From NCBI GenBank assembly GCA_951406725.2, contig OX597819.1, positions 64,852,001 to 64,916,000 on the forward strand: a stretch of 64,000 nucleotides of DNA, in the 5' to 3' direction. Numbering within the stretch: position 1 is the first letter of the stretch; each line of letters begins with the position of its first letter. Origin of the DNA: Octopus vulgaris (taxonomy: Eukaryota). The notes under the pieces were generated by a model. The model was not told the DNA's origin. It ran no database searches and worked only from the letters and a program-made list of their open reading frames with translations. Below, one piece after another: positions 1 through 11,852 of the stretch. Position numbers and translations under genes: made by a program.

Positions 1-249
1 ATACCTGTTTTAAAATTTGTCACATTTTGACTTCTTCGGATTTTGAAAAGAGAGAGAAGATGTTTCTGTAGATACGTTGTAACGTCGCGAATAGAAACCT
101 ACCTAATTACATAGAAATTTATTTTATATAGGATTAATGTACATTATTTTTAACTCGTTATCAGTTTCCTAATGGAATGAAAGTGCTGAGAATTTATTAG
201 ATATTTAAAGTAGATCTTAAGGTGGATTTAATCACTAATAACTATATAC

Positions 250-633
250 TTTCTACTCTAGGCACAATGCCCGAAATTTTGGGGGAGGGGGCATGTTGAT
301 TAGATCGACCCCAGTATTGAAGTGGTAATTAATTTATCGACCCCGAAATGATGAAAGGCAAAGGAATTTCAACATAGAAAGTAAAGACAGACGAAATACC
401 TATTTCTTTACTACCCACAAGGGGCCAAACACAGAGAGGACAAACAAGGACAGACAAACGGATTAAGTCGATTATATCGACCTCAGTGCGTAACTGGTAC
501 TTATTTAATCGATCCCGAAAGGATGAAAGGCAAAGTCGACCTCAGCGTAATTTGAACTCAGAACATAACGGCAGACGAAATACTGCTAAGCATTTCGCCC
601 GGCGTGCTAACAGTTCTGCCAGCTCACCGCCTT
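250..633 (-). mobile_element. tRNA-derived SINE family B (octopus OK-like), dimeric composite
   Basis: Minus strand starts GGCGGTGAGCTGGCAGAA, has B-box GAGTTCAAAT and core GACTTTGCCTTTCATCCTTTCGGG; two core copies; many copies in window. Confidence 0.85.
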
Positions 634-1232
634 TACTAATAAATATATCACAGCAGTTAAGTACCTATATATAAATTGTAAAAATACTCCGAGTTATGTC
701 ACCATGTCACTTATCTTATTAAATTAATTCCCGAAAGGCTTTCCACAACGAACATAAAATACATACGAAATCTAATTCCTATATAATTTATAGTAAGATA
801 AAACTTAATAGTATTAAACTAACATATCAATGTAAATACTTATAGAATAAGATTGTGTCTGTGTGTATAAATGCTGTTAGTGAGAGAGACGGAGAAAAAC
901 ATTGCCTTTCATTGCCGGAATTTAACTCCACCGACATAATACTATTTATTACGCAAATCAAGTTGTTTGAGATGCAGCAATGTGTTAAGTGTAAATAATT
1001 ACTGACAAATTCTTTTATTTTAGCGGTAAATCAATTAGCATATATAATTATTTAATTTCAGATCATCACATCGAATATGCATTTCAAAATCTCAGCATTG
1101 CTCTATTACGATATTCCAAAATATACATCTAACTTATTTTATACTGACGAGATTACATGTAGGAGAAAAGTCTTGCTATCAGAAAATCTTACTAAAATTT
1201 CATTAGTTGCTTACATTTTGTATAATCTTTTA

Positions 1233-1394
1233 TAGGTAGAAGTGGCTGTGTGGTGAGTAGCTCGCTTCCGAACCATACGGCTCCTGGTTCAGTCCCACTA
1301 CGTGGAATCTTGCGTAAGTATCTTCTACTATAGCCTCGGGCCGACCAAGGCCGTGTGAGTGGATTTGGTAGACAGAAACTGATCGAAGCTTGTC

Positions 1395-1449
<55 letters not shown>

Positions 1450-1652
1450 TGTGCGCCTGTGTTTGTCCCACAAACATCGCTTCACAACAGATGCTGTTGT
1501 GTTTACGTTCCCGTAACTTAGTAGTCCGGCAAAAGAGACCGATAGAATGAGTACTAAGCTTACAAAAAATAAGTACTAGGGTCGATTTGCTCGACTAAAG
1601 GCGGTGCTCCAGCAATGCCGATGTCAAATGACTGAAACAAGTAAAAGAAAAA
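1233..1652 (+). mobile_element. tRNA-derived CORE-type SINE family A (octopus OR-like) with internal (TA)n
   Basis: A-box GTGGCTGTGTGG, B-box GGTTCAGTCCC, CORE-like segment, tail GTCAAATGACTGAAACAAGTAAAAGA shared by about 12 copies in window. Confidence 0.9.
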
Positions 1653-1689
1653 TAGTAAGTAATAAATAAATAATTATTAATAATAATAG

Positions 1690-2400
1690 ATGAGCATCTT
1701 ATAAAACAGCATATGTAAGTACCTAGATGAGAACGATCTACTACCAGTGGAACAAAAAGGGTGTAGACGTTAGAGTAGAGGGACGAAGGATCAATTACTA
1801 ATCGATAACATTATCCTGGTTGACTGCAAGATACACAAAAAATTGGCGATAGCATGGTTGGACTACAGGAAAACATATGACATGGTTCCACACTCGTGGA
1901 ATATTGAATGCCTTAAACTGCTTAAGATCTCCCACAATATCTGAAGTTAATACAAAACTCAATGACAATATGGTAAACTGAACTCACAGCATGGGCAGAT
2001 AAGCTGGGAGAAGTAAATATCAAAAGAGGAAACTTTCAAGGCGACAGACTGTCGCTTCTCCTATCTTTGGTCTGCAAACTGCCACTAACGAGCGCTTTAA
2101 GAAAGATGCGTGTTGGGTATATGCTAGGCAGGGTGAACGTAAACAACCTATGTTTTAGGAATGACTTAAAACTATTCGCAAAGACTGAGAAAGAAATTTA
2201 AAGTCGGATGGCAAAAGGTGCAGATGAACAGCAAAGATATTTGCATGGAATTTGGGATAGAAAAATATTGTGTGACGATTCTCAAAAAGGGGGAAATTCA
2301 GGAAAATCCATCGAACTAGATACGAAGCAACACACAAATGAAAGAGAAAAGAAAACAAATACTATAGACGAGTTAGACTAATACTGAAAACAGAGCTCAA
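1690..2400 (+). mobile_element. Degenerate reverse transcriptase fragment of R4/Dong-clade non-LTR retrotransposon
   Basis: Manual translation: LLPVEQKGCRR*SRGTKDQLLID, AWLDYRKTYDMVPHSW, KRGNFQGDRLS, NDLKLFAK, DICMEFGIEK; stops and frameshifts; preceded by TAA-rich tract. Confidence 0.85.
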
Positions 2401-2696
2401 TATGAAAAGCAAGATAATAAGTATCAAATCTCTAAGTGTGTATGAGTATCTTTCACTTGTGGGTGGGTGTTTTTGTGCATGCTTTGTCTATGAAAAATAG
2501 TTAACTGAGACTGAATAATTATCTCAGGACTTAAGTTTCACTCTAGTGCGGGATACTTTTCACACTTACTGATCGTCAAATCCTAAAACTCGAATCGAAT
2601 CACATGATAGAAAGATAATCGATGACGCGTATTGAGCACTCATCTCGCACTGGTTCCGAATAATATAAATCTTGCATGTATGTATGTATGTATGTA

Positions 2697-2768
<72 letters not shown>

Positions 2769-3227
2769 CATATGCGTACGTGTGTATGTATGTATGCATA
2801 TGTATGTACATATATATGCACACGCGCGCGTGTGTATGATGTGATTATCAATGTATCTTTATAAACAGTGAAATATAATGAAATATTGTATTATATATAT
2901 TAAATGTTATTTTGGTTATTTCAGTAACCTTTCCCGAGAAGACATTATCATGCATCGCTTAAAATATATAAAGATATACATAGTAGGGTCTGTAGCTAAA
3001 TTTATCTAAAAGCAACTGCAATATTTCTTCAACTGTTACAATATGAACAGCGGGGAGGCGCAAAGAAGGAAGCAGAGATATTGCATTGTGACATATTTTC
3101 GCATGTACATTTCAGTGCTTTTTAATTAAACGGGATTTTTTTTAAATCTCGGAGATTAAATACATTAAGCGATACATTATAGAAAACGTCACATCTCACG
3201 TGATACCCATGTAGGCATTGTATATAT

Positions 3228-3766
3228 AAATGGTGGCCCAAAAGTTGGTTTACAGTTATTACGTAGACACTTTGAATTTCTTTCGAAACATTTTATTACA
3301 TTTAAATTTCTGTCTTGCAATCATATTTTTTATGCGCATCTTAAACAGACAATATTTAATCTCGAATATGCTTAAAATATCCTCTTTAACATTCTTCAAA
3401 CCTCTTCAGAACACTCTAACACAGAGTGCGACACATATACTGATCTCCATCAATTTCGGTGAATGCGTCAGAAATGAAATCTTTTATTTAATTTACTGTT
3501 TTGGGGATTCTTCTCATAAACCTTGTTCTTTACAGCACCCCACAAAAAGAAATTCATTGGTGTCAGGTTAGGTGAGCGTTTTGGCCATTCGACACTGCAC
3601 CGTCTTCCAAACCAATGCTGTGGAAAGACTTGGTTAAGGTAGTGTCTTACTGTCAACGCATAATGTGGAGGTGCTCCTTCTTGTTGAAAGAACAATTCTC
3701 AACTGTTAATATATGAATGCAAAAGAGATAGTTGAATAATTATAAACCTACTTTGGAGCCACCCTG
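3228..3766 (-). mobile_element. Internally deleted Tc1/mariner (maT/rosa-like DDxD) transposon
   Basis: ORF 3468-3695 FQQEGAPPH...WPKRSPNLTPMNFFLWG..K..VY with catalytic Asp residues mutated; imperfect ~32-bp TIRs at 3228-3260 and 3735-3766. Confidence 0.85.
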
Positions 3767-3783
3767 TGTGTCTATGTATACAC

Positions 3784-3871
<88 letters not shown>

Positions 3872-3878
<7 letters not shown>

Positions 3879-4170
3879 CGAATGGTTTACACATGGTAGC
3901 ATACTGGTAAAGGGCGATTACTTTCACAGTGTTCGTTATGTATGTGGTAAATGAAAGATGGCAAATACGAGAATTTTGATTACTAATTACGACAATTGTT
4001 TCGAAACATCTAGCATCGATCCATCACAGGCGGAACACGTGCTAACTGGTTCAAGAGCATCCGGCGCTTCCGATGTGATGAATAGACACAACATACAACT
4101 GGTTAAATACCTATCTGCAATGTACCTTCTCACTTCGTAGAAAGAAAAGCAGGAAAACGAAGCAAATATC

Positions 4171-4174
<4 letters not shown>
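3872..4174 (-). mobile_element. Short insert in (TA)n with degenerate hammerhead-like motif (possible Penelope-terminus derivative)
   Basis: Minus strand 3991-4033 has GAAACAATTGTC (palindromic helix III + GUC) but the CUGANGA box is degenerate. Confidence 0.3.
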
Positions 4175-4222
<48 letters not shown>

Positions 4223-4223
<1 letters not shown>

Positions 4224-5330
4224 TAGCATTATGACCCGTCGTTGCCGGGTCATAGTGCTAGTGCATGTATATATGTATATATATATGTGTACATATTACA
4301 TGTACATCTATATTTATACATCTACACATAAAATACAAAATACAAAGTTATATCTTGATATCGCTAGTGATAACAATACTCAAAATATATAACAAACTGG
4401 AATTGTAAGCCCGTCTCTTGCAATTTCGATCAATTGTATCTTGTCCACCCTCTTGTATAGAAGTGTGGCTACAATCCAGTCTACTTCAACTTCTGTGGGG
4501 GTGGGGCATTTTAGACTTTTATAAGTTCGAGTCGAGTACTCCCTTGCACACTCCGTTGACTCGAACCTTGCTTCTATTGTGGCGAATTTACCGCCTCTGG
4601 TTAGATATCTTTCATAGTCGCACCAAGACATTTTTCGATGGTGCTTTCCTCCAGGTGTTCAAATCTTTTTCTTTACATTGTATACTTTATAGACAATAGT
4701 GTTTTCTTTAATCTAATTTTTTATTATCCATCTTGACTATTCCATTTCTGCACGCTAATTTTATTTTTAATTTATTCCTATTCATGTGAAACCACTTATT
4801 TAATTTTATACCAATTGCTATTTCTACTTTTGTTATGTTACGATTATATTATACTTTAGTTTGATTTTAATTATTACTTATTACATATAATTCAATTGTT
4901 ATTATTATTTTTATTGTTAAAGTGAAAATATCTGACATAAAATAGAGAAATGTTTATGTTTCACTTTTAACACGTAATACTGAAATAGTGGAAAAGATAT
5001 GATATCGCTATGGGTTCGCTCTAGGCAAGAAGTTGAACAATATTTTTGCCCATGAAACTACATGGACCCTAAGAAAGGCATGTGTAAAATTTGAATGAAA
5101 TTGGTTGTGTAGTTCTCAAGTTTTAGGGAATCGTAGTGGAGAAGATATAATATTGCTGTGGGCTCGCCCTAGGCAAAATGTTAGATATTTGTTTTGCCGA
5201 TGACACTCCCCGGACACTAAGTATGGCATGTGTAAAATTTGAATAAAATTGGTTGTGTATTTCTCAAGTTTTAGGGAAACAAACAGACAGACAGACGCAC
5301 AGACACACATTCTCAGTTTTATATATATAA

Positions 5331-5333
<3 letters not shown>
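4223..5333 (-). mobile_element. Non-autonomous Helitron
   Basis: Minus strand begins A|TCTTTATATATATAAAA at 5333 and ends with hairpin TATGACCCG-N7-CGGGTCATA then CTAG|T at 4223; inserted in (TA)n; internal ~54-bp direct repeat at 5077-5130 and 5225-5278. Confidence 0.8.
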
Positions 5334-5395
<62 letters not shown>

Positions 5396-5739
5396 CAAAA
5401 ATAAGATCACAGATGCAAACGAGAAATAAACACACAATACAGTGAGAAAAGTATTTTAAATAAATGTTAACAAATATGGATGTATAAATGCCCTCACGCA
5501 ATTTGCATGGCACGTTCACACTCGTTCATACAAGCGTCCGTGAAATTGTAAGCATACGCACACGTGTGGTTTCGTGCACTCACGATCAGAAAGCGAGTTG
5601 GAGGTAAATCTAATTCATCCGGAATATTTTCCAAGAAAAAGGTAAATGGACGTTGGTTACGCAAATTAAATTAGGTTCAAAGAAGTTAAGATGAAAAAAA
5701 AAGAAGGAATATCACAAGATGTCAAAGATTGAAATATGA

Positions 5740-6000
5740 AAGAAGTTGGCAATTGTGAGCACCAGGTGAGTCGCGTAATCTCCAGATGAACCGGAACTGG
5801 AAGATAGAAATTCCTCTATCATTGAACCTCAACGAGTACTTGTGCTACGCGTAAATCATTGTTAATCTTGCTTGTTTATTATTTTGCGATGGCATTGCCA
5901 CCGGATGCTGTAAATCTGGCGTGTAAACTATAGAATTTCATAGGCAGGATCCTCCTAGAAGGCACTTGGTAGGATTCTGACAGTTACAGGCCCTACTGTG
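5740..6000 (+). pseudogene. Possible rhodopsin-class GPCR relic (TM2-TM3)
   Basis: IIVNLAC, then shifted frame ALPPDAVNLACKL*NF...DSYRPYC; motifs colinear with LAxxD, CK and DRYxxIC but heavily decayed. Confidence 0.3.
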
Positions 6001-6244
6001 TGTGTATGTGTGTATGATTGCGACTAATATAGCGTGGAATATTTGAAGCGATCACATTAAATTTGGGTGAGAGAAGGTGCTTTATCAAACCTATGGTTTA
6101 TAAGGTTTCTTCCTCCTAATTACCACTATGAATCTATGGCGTATCCTAGTAGAAATTCCTAGTTTCAATGAAGTTTGCAGTAGATTGTCTTTCTCTTTTC
6201 TTTCTGCCTTTCCTGCGAGTTTGGGGATATATGTATGTATGTAT

Positions 6245-6757
6245 TTCTCTTCTATTTTTTTATTATTATAAATCTTCCACTGAGGTGGAACAGATTTTCA
6301 ACAAAAACACAAGGCTTCATCTTTGGGATGTAGTTAACATAGACAAATTCACATTTGGAACTTGAGAAAAGTCTTGCATAATTTTACTGTTCCATTCACT
6401 GATTGCACTTCTAATGTAAGAATAAGCCGGTCAATTTCTCTTTCTGAAAATCCCAGTTAATCCAGATTCTACTTTAAGCATTTACTAACAAAGCCTAGTG
6501 TTTCAATTAATATTGGTATGAATATGTATACATAGTCTGGATATAGAAGCTGGCAGTTTTGAAGTAGGTGTCCATAGATATCCTCTTTTACTTTGATCTT
6601 CACAGACATATTTACATCTGCAGGGCCGCTGACCTCTGTTCCAAACAGCAATATCCAGCCCGTTATGTTTACACTTGACACAAGTTTTGATAGGAATATT
6701 CTACCAGTATTCTTTGAGTAGGTGTTTATGAATGTATTCCATAACACACGGATTTTC
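6245..6757 (-). mobile_element. 3' fragment of RLE-type (R4-like) non-LTR retrotransposon within (CATA)n
   Basis: EVSGPADVN..KIKVKEDIYGHL..LYPDY..IPILIETLGFV, then GFSEKEIDRLI..VQSVNGTVKLCKTFLKF; flanked by TATG repeats on both sides. Confidence 0.7.
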
Positions 6758-7559
6758 TATGTATGTATGTATGTATGTATGTATGTATGTATGTATGTAT
6801 GTATGTATGTATGTATGTATGTATGTATGTATGTATGTATGCATGTATGTGTGTATGTATTGATGCATGGATGCATGCACACATGCATGGATATATATGT
6901 AATATTCAAATTTCAATTTTGAGATATTTTAGAATTTAATCCGCTATAGTTACAAACAAATTTTGTGCTAGAATTTTTAATTAAATTTACATGACATTAA
7001 TGCGTCGTAATTTCTATTATTTGCGCACGTTTGTGTGTTTTGAAATTATTATTATTTATTCAATGTCGCTGCTCTTGTCATGTAAGAAAAAAACTCCGCA
7101 GAAAGAATTGCTTTACTTTATGTAAACATTCATATTTACCTGAATTCCTAATAAAATTTCTTTAAATATATCCACCGCCATTATTTTTTCCCCATGTACA
7201 AACAAACGCAGTTGATTCTATTAAGCAACGTTGAGCACGAGATGGATTTCTGAAAACAAATTATTGGAGAGAATAGAAAATAGAAAATTATGCAACGTGT
7301 GTCTGCAAACATAAATGCCGTCCATGATATTTGTTCAATAGATTTATTATAAAGCGTTAACAGTCCTAGCTTAATGCAGTTGTATTTCTGATAGAGATTT
7401 ACGTTCTTTCGGCTCATAATCCTTTCTGGTGGAGAGTTATGCGATACACGATTAGAGTTAATTAAATTCCAGACCATTATAACTTCAATGGTTGCGTTTA
7501 TTCAGTTAAAATCATTTCAAAATGCTATATATATATGTCTGCAAAATAAATAAATACAT

Positions 7560-7796
7560 CAAAAATATAATGACAACAAATGCAACAACGACAATAACAA
7601 TATCAACGATACTACTACTACTACCATTACTACTACTACTACTACTGCTACTACTACAACTACAGCAACAACTACTACTACTACTACCATTACTACTACT
7701 ACTACTACTACTACTACCACTACTACTATTACTACTACTACTACTACTACTAATAATAATAATAATAATAATAATAATAGTAATAATATTAATAGA

Positions 7797-7845
<49 letters not shown>

Positions 7846-7907
7846 GAAATAATAATAACAATAATAGAAATGATGATAATAAAAACAACAACAGCAACAA
7901 CAACTAC

Positions 7908-7972
<65 letters not shown>
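7560..7972. repeat. Compound (ACT)n/(AAT)n microsatellite
   Basis: Directly visible; explains the poly-I/L/S/Y ORFs. Confidence 0.95.
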
Positions 7973-7973
<1 letters not shown>

Positions 7974-8329
7974 TATATAATTATCAAAATCTCTTGGCAG
8001 AGAAAGAAAATGCATTTGACAAACATTCTAAAATATGCTTGCAAATACGTTTCGTTTATTATTATTTTTTTTTATTATTTTTGCAAACCCGATTTCATAT
8101 TTTATTTCATATGCTGTGAAATTTTCTTGTTTATTTCATTTGTTTCCGTGATTATTTTGTTGTGTTTTAGTGTGTTTTGTTTCGTTTCAGAAGAAAATTA
8201 ATTTAATATAAACAGCACATATTTCAAAATAATAGTAAAAAGAATAACTAATGATGCTAATAATAAGAATAATAACTAGAATCGTAATGTGAATAGCAAG
8301 TGGTGAAGGAAGAATGATGGAAATACAGA

Positions 8330-8780
8330 TTAGAAGAAGCAAGGAGGAGAAGGAGGAGAAAGAGAAGAAAAAGAAGAAGAAGAAGAAGAAGAAGAAGAAG
8401 AAGAAGAATTAAAAAAAGAAGGAAAAGTAGAAGAAATAAAAAAAGATGAAGGAAAGAAGAAGACAGAAAGAAAATGCGTTGAAGGAAGGAAGGAGAAGAC
8501 GATGAAGACAATGACGGTGATGACGAGGGTAATGTCGATGACGCTGACGACTATGATAATTAGAATGATGTTTCTGTCAATGACCAAAACTACTATGATT
8601 ACCGAGATATCGTCGATGTCGTTGATGATGATGATGATGATGATGATGGGTGGGGAGTGTTGGTGGTTGGGAGTGTTGGTGGTGGTGGTGGAGGAGGTGG
8701 TGGTAGTTGTGGTGATGATGGTGATGATGATGATGATGGCATTGGTAATAGTGTGGATAAAGGCGCTGACGACGAAGATG
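8330..8780. repeat. (GAA)n/(GAT)n/(GGT)n low-complexity tract
   Basis: Directly visible. Confidence 0.9.
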
Positions 8781-9073
8781 ATTAAAAAATGTGACCGTTT
8801 GTTGTTGGTGGTGTCTCTGACTATGGTTAATATAAAGTTTACTAAAAGAAAATGTCTACAACACTACTTTGATTATTAGCACAGTTTTAAGTTTCATCCA
8901 GCATTTTAACGGTTTCAGACGGTCTTCTATTGCACCACCATGTGTCTTATTAACGAGAATTTTCTGTAATACGATTTGAGAAGCTAATGATTATTTTGTG
9001 ATATCTCTTTAGATTTCGAATTTGGTTTCTCCAAGTAAAACTGTTTTGAAACTTTCCTTGTGTGTTTCACTAA

Positions 9074-9236
9074 GTAGGAGAAGTGGCTGTGTGGTAAGTA
9101 GCTTTCTTACCAACCACATGTTTCCGAGTTCAGTCCCACTGAGTGGCATATTGGGCAAGTGTCTTCTATTATAGCCTCAGGCCGACGAAAGACTTGTGAG
9201 TGGATTTGGTAGACAGAATCTGAAAGAAGACCGACG

Positions 9237-9289
<53 letters not shown>

Positions 9290-9514
9290 AAGTATATGTT
9301 TGTGTGTCTGTGTTTGACCCCCACCGACATCACTTGACAACCGATGTGGGTGTGTTTACGTCCCCGTAACGTAGCGCTTCGACATAAGAGACCGATAGAG
9401 TAAGTTCTAGGCTTACAAAAAATAAGTCCTGGGGTCGATTTGCTCGACTAAAGGCAGTGCTCCAGCATGGCTGCAGTCAAATGACTGAAACAAGTAAAAG
9501 AGTAAGAGAGTAAG
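9074..9514 (+). mobile_element. SINE family A, full length
   Basis: Head GTAGGAGAAGTGGCTGTGTGG, core TTGGGCAAGTGTCTTC, tail TGACTGAAACAAGTAAAAGAG. Confidence 0.9.
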
Positions 9515-9566
9515 TATTTGAGTGCCGGAGGTCTTATTGCTTAGAACATGCAGGTTGTGGAGAATC

Positions 9567-9791
9567 TATGACAAGGTACTGCTAAAAAGTTCCTGGCTTT
9601 CAGTAAAAGAATATACAGAAGGAACAGTTAATTATAATTTTATAAAACGTGTACCACTTCTCAGGTTCACACACTTACAGTAGTGATCCGTCAGTTTTCC
9701 TAAGAACTGTAAACGAACTTGGAATGTTGGGTCTCCAACCAAGCCTTTCGCAATATCCTTAAAACCAGGAACTTTTCAGCACCCAGTCGTA
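9567..9791. mobile_element. mariner-like MITE copy 1
   Basis: TIR TGCTAAAAAGTTCCTGGCTTT / AAAACCAGGAACTTTTCAGCA, TA at both ends; homologous to 10183-10395. Confidence 0.8.
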
Positions 9792-10182
9792 TATTATATT
9801 TTGTAAAGTCATATATTATATTTTGACTGTGTGAGCGAGTTATTGCTGTTCATCCAGATATGTTTCAGCAGCGGGTTTGTAAGCAGTAGTTGGAGCGTCT
9901 CAGGCGACATTCGTAGTAGCTTTTATTCTGATAATTTACGTTCTGGGCTCTAATCCTAGAAACGTACCTGTCGAGTGATATGGTCCACGTTATCCACTAT
10001 AACACACGCACTAAAATTGCTGAGATTGAGTTAAAATTTTAGATAAATTCTTCCTGCTCATTACGGTCAAATCTTACATTTCACTGAGGTCGTCTTGTCT
10101 TTTGTCCTTTCTGGTCCATAATATATCTATCAGTCAGGCCTTGGGATCGATGTAAACGACTAGCACAGAATATAAGGTGGGG

Positions 10183-10395
10183 TACAAGAGGTTGCTGAGA
10201 AGTTCCTGGTTTTGAGTAAAATAAAATGTATGAGGAGCGGTTAATTATGATTTTATTTTACATACTTCCCTCTCAGATTCACATCCTTATTGCAGCTGTC
10301 CTTCACTCCTTCTAGACCCACCGAGAAGAAAAAAAACTGGGACCAAGCTTTTCACGATACCCTTAAAACCAGGAACTTTTCAGCACGACTTCGTA
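10183..10395. mobile_element. mariner-like MITE copy 2
   Basis: TIR TGCTGAGAAGTTCCTGGTTTT / AAAACCAGGAACTTTTCAGCA, TA at both ends. Confidence 0.8.
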
Positions 10396-10459
10396 GTTGT
10401 TTGCCAATCATGGACGAAATGTTGATTGGGTACATTTTTGCAGTCAAATGTTGAAAACT

Positions 10460-11150
10460 TACGAAACTCTGCAAGTATATTTTACACGAATCCAATGACA
10501 TGTAGCTGATTTCTTAGTAACAAAATGACAAGCATAACACGAGAAGCAAAGATCTGTTAAGGTGAAATTTGTTGCACCTATTGATGGCTTTCTATAACAC
10601 TTAACAGGAAAAGAATTTGTGGCAAAAAATGTGTTAAGCATACAAAATCGCAGCCTTCAGCGGTAGTAGATGTGTAGATTTTCCGGAACGCATAAGCATC
10701 CTTGAAAACTTTATAGATGTATGTCAATGTTCTTATTTGTGCATTGGCAACGATATACAGTACTGGCAATAGAGATTATTCCGAGCTCTGCGAGCCATGG
10801 AGAAATAACGCTAGGCAGAAATATCCAGAAAAAAGACAAGTAATTACAAAGTAAGTTGGAATCTTGTGTTAGACATTTGGCAAGGGTGGTTACAGAATAT
10901 TGCGCTTGTTAAATTAATTAACATACAAACGTGTTGTCGGTGGTGCAATGATTAACACACTAATATGTCAGCAGCGGTAAAATGATTAACGCGTAGACAT
11001 AGGCCATTCCCAACAGGTCTCACTAAGATAACCTACATCATTGGCCATACGACCACAAGACCTTCTTTCGGCACGCTTCTGATTTATTCATATCAGCATA
11101 AAACTTTCTATAATGATTACGCATGCTGCCGTTTTCGGTCCAATCTAATG
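10460..11150 (-). pseudogene. Intronless rhodopsin-class (peptide-receptor-like) GPCR pseudogene, TM1-TM5
   Basis: Colinear motifs: N-terminal NGS/NKS sequons, LWSYG, ILVRPVGNGLCL (TM1), TAADILV (TM2), LCNYLSFF..ISPWL (TM3), CTNK (ICL2), NLHIY (TM4 end), VKCY, LTDL, VILLLRNQL (TM5); stops and frameshifts. Confidence 0.55.
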
Positions 11151-11272
11151 ATTGAACTGTTAAAATATTACGCTGTTAAAATATCCACTACCGTAGAAAA
11201 GAAAGCATTGACCAGATCGAAATAATACAAGGGTATTAAATTAGATAATATATGGTATTTAATATCTATTAT

Positions 11273-11852
11273 TCTTTTCCACTCTAGACACAAGGCCCGA
11301 AATGTGGGGGGATGGGGGCAGTCGATTAGATCGACTCCCAGTGTTCAACTGGTACTAAATTAATCGAGCCTGAAAGGATGAAAGCCAAAGTCGACCTCGG
11401 CGAAATTTGAATACAGAAAAGACAGTCGGAATACCTATTTCTTTACTACCCGCAAGGGGCTAAACACAGAGGGGCAAACAAGGACAGACAAACAGATTAA
11501 GTCGATTATATCGACTCCAGTGTTGAAGTGGTAATTAATTTATCGACCCCGAAAGGATGAAAGGCAAAGTCCATCTCGGCGGAATTTGAACTCAGAACGT
11601 AGCGGCAGACGAAATACCTATTGCTTTACTACCCACAAGGGGCCAAACACAGAGAGGACAAACAAGGACAGACAAACGGATTAAGTCGATTACATCGACC
11701 CCAGTGCGTTACTGGTCCTTATTTAATCGACCCCGAAAGGATGAAAGGCAAAGTCGACCTCGGCGGAATGTTGAACTCCGAACGTAACGGCAGACGAAAT
11801 ACCGCTAAGCATTTCGCCCGACGTGCTAACGATTCTGCCAGCTCGCCGCCTT
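11273..11852 (-). mobile_element. SINE family B, trimeric composite
   Basis: Three copies of the GAAAGGATGAAAGGCAAAGTCGACC-type core; internal unit CTATTTCTTTACTACCC..AAACAAGGACAGACAAAC duplicated; tRNA-like head ends at 11852. Confidence 0.85.
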
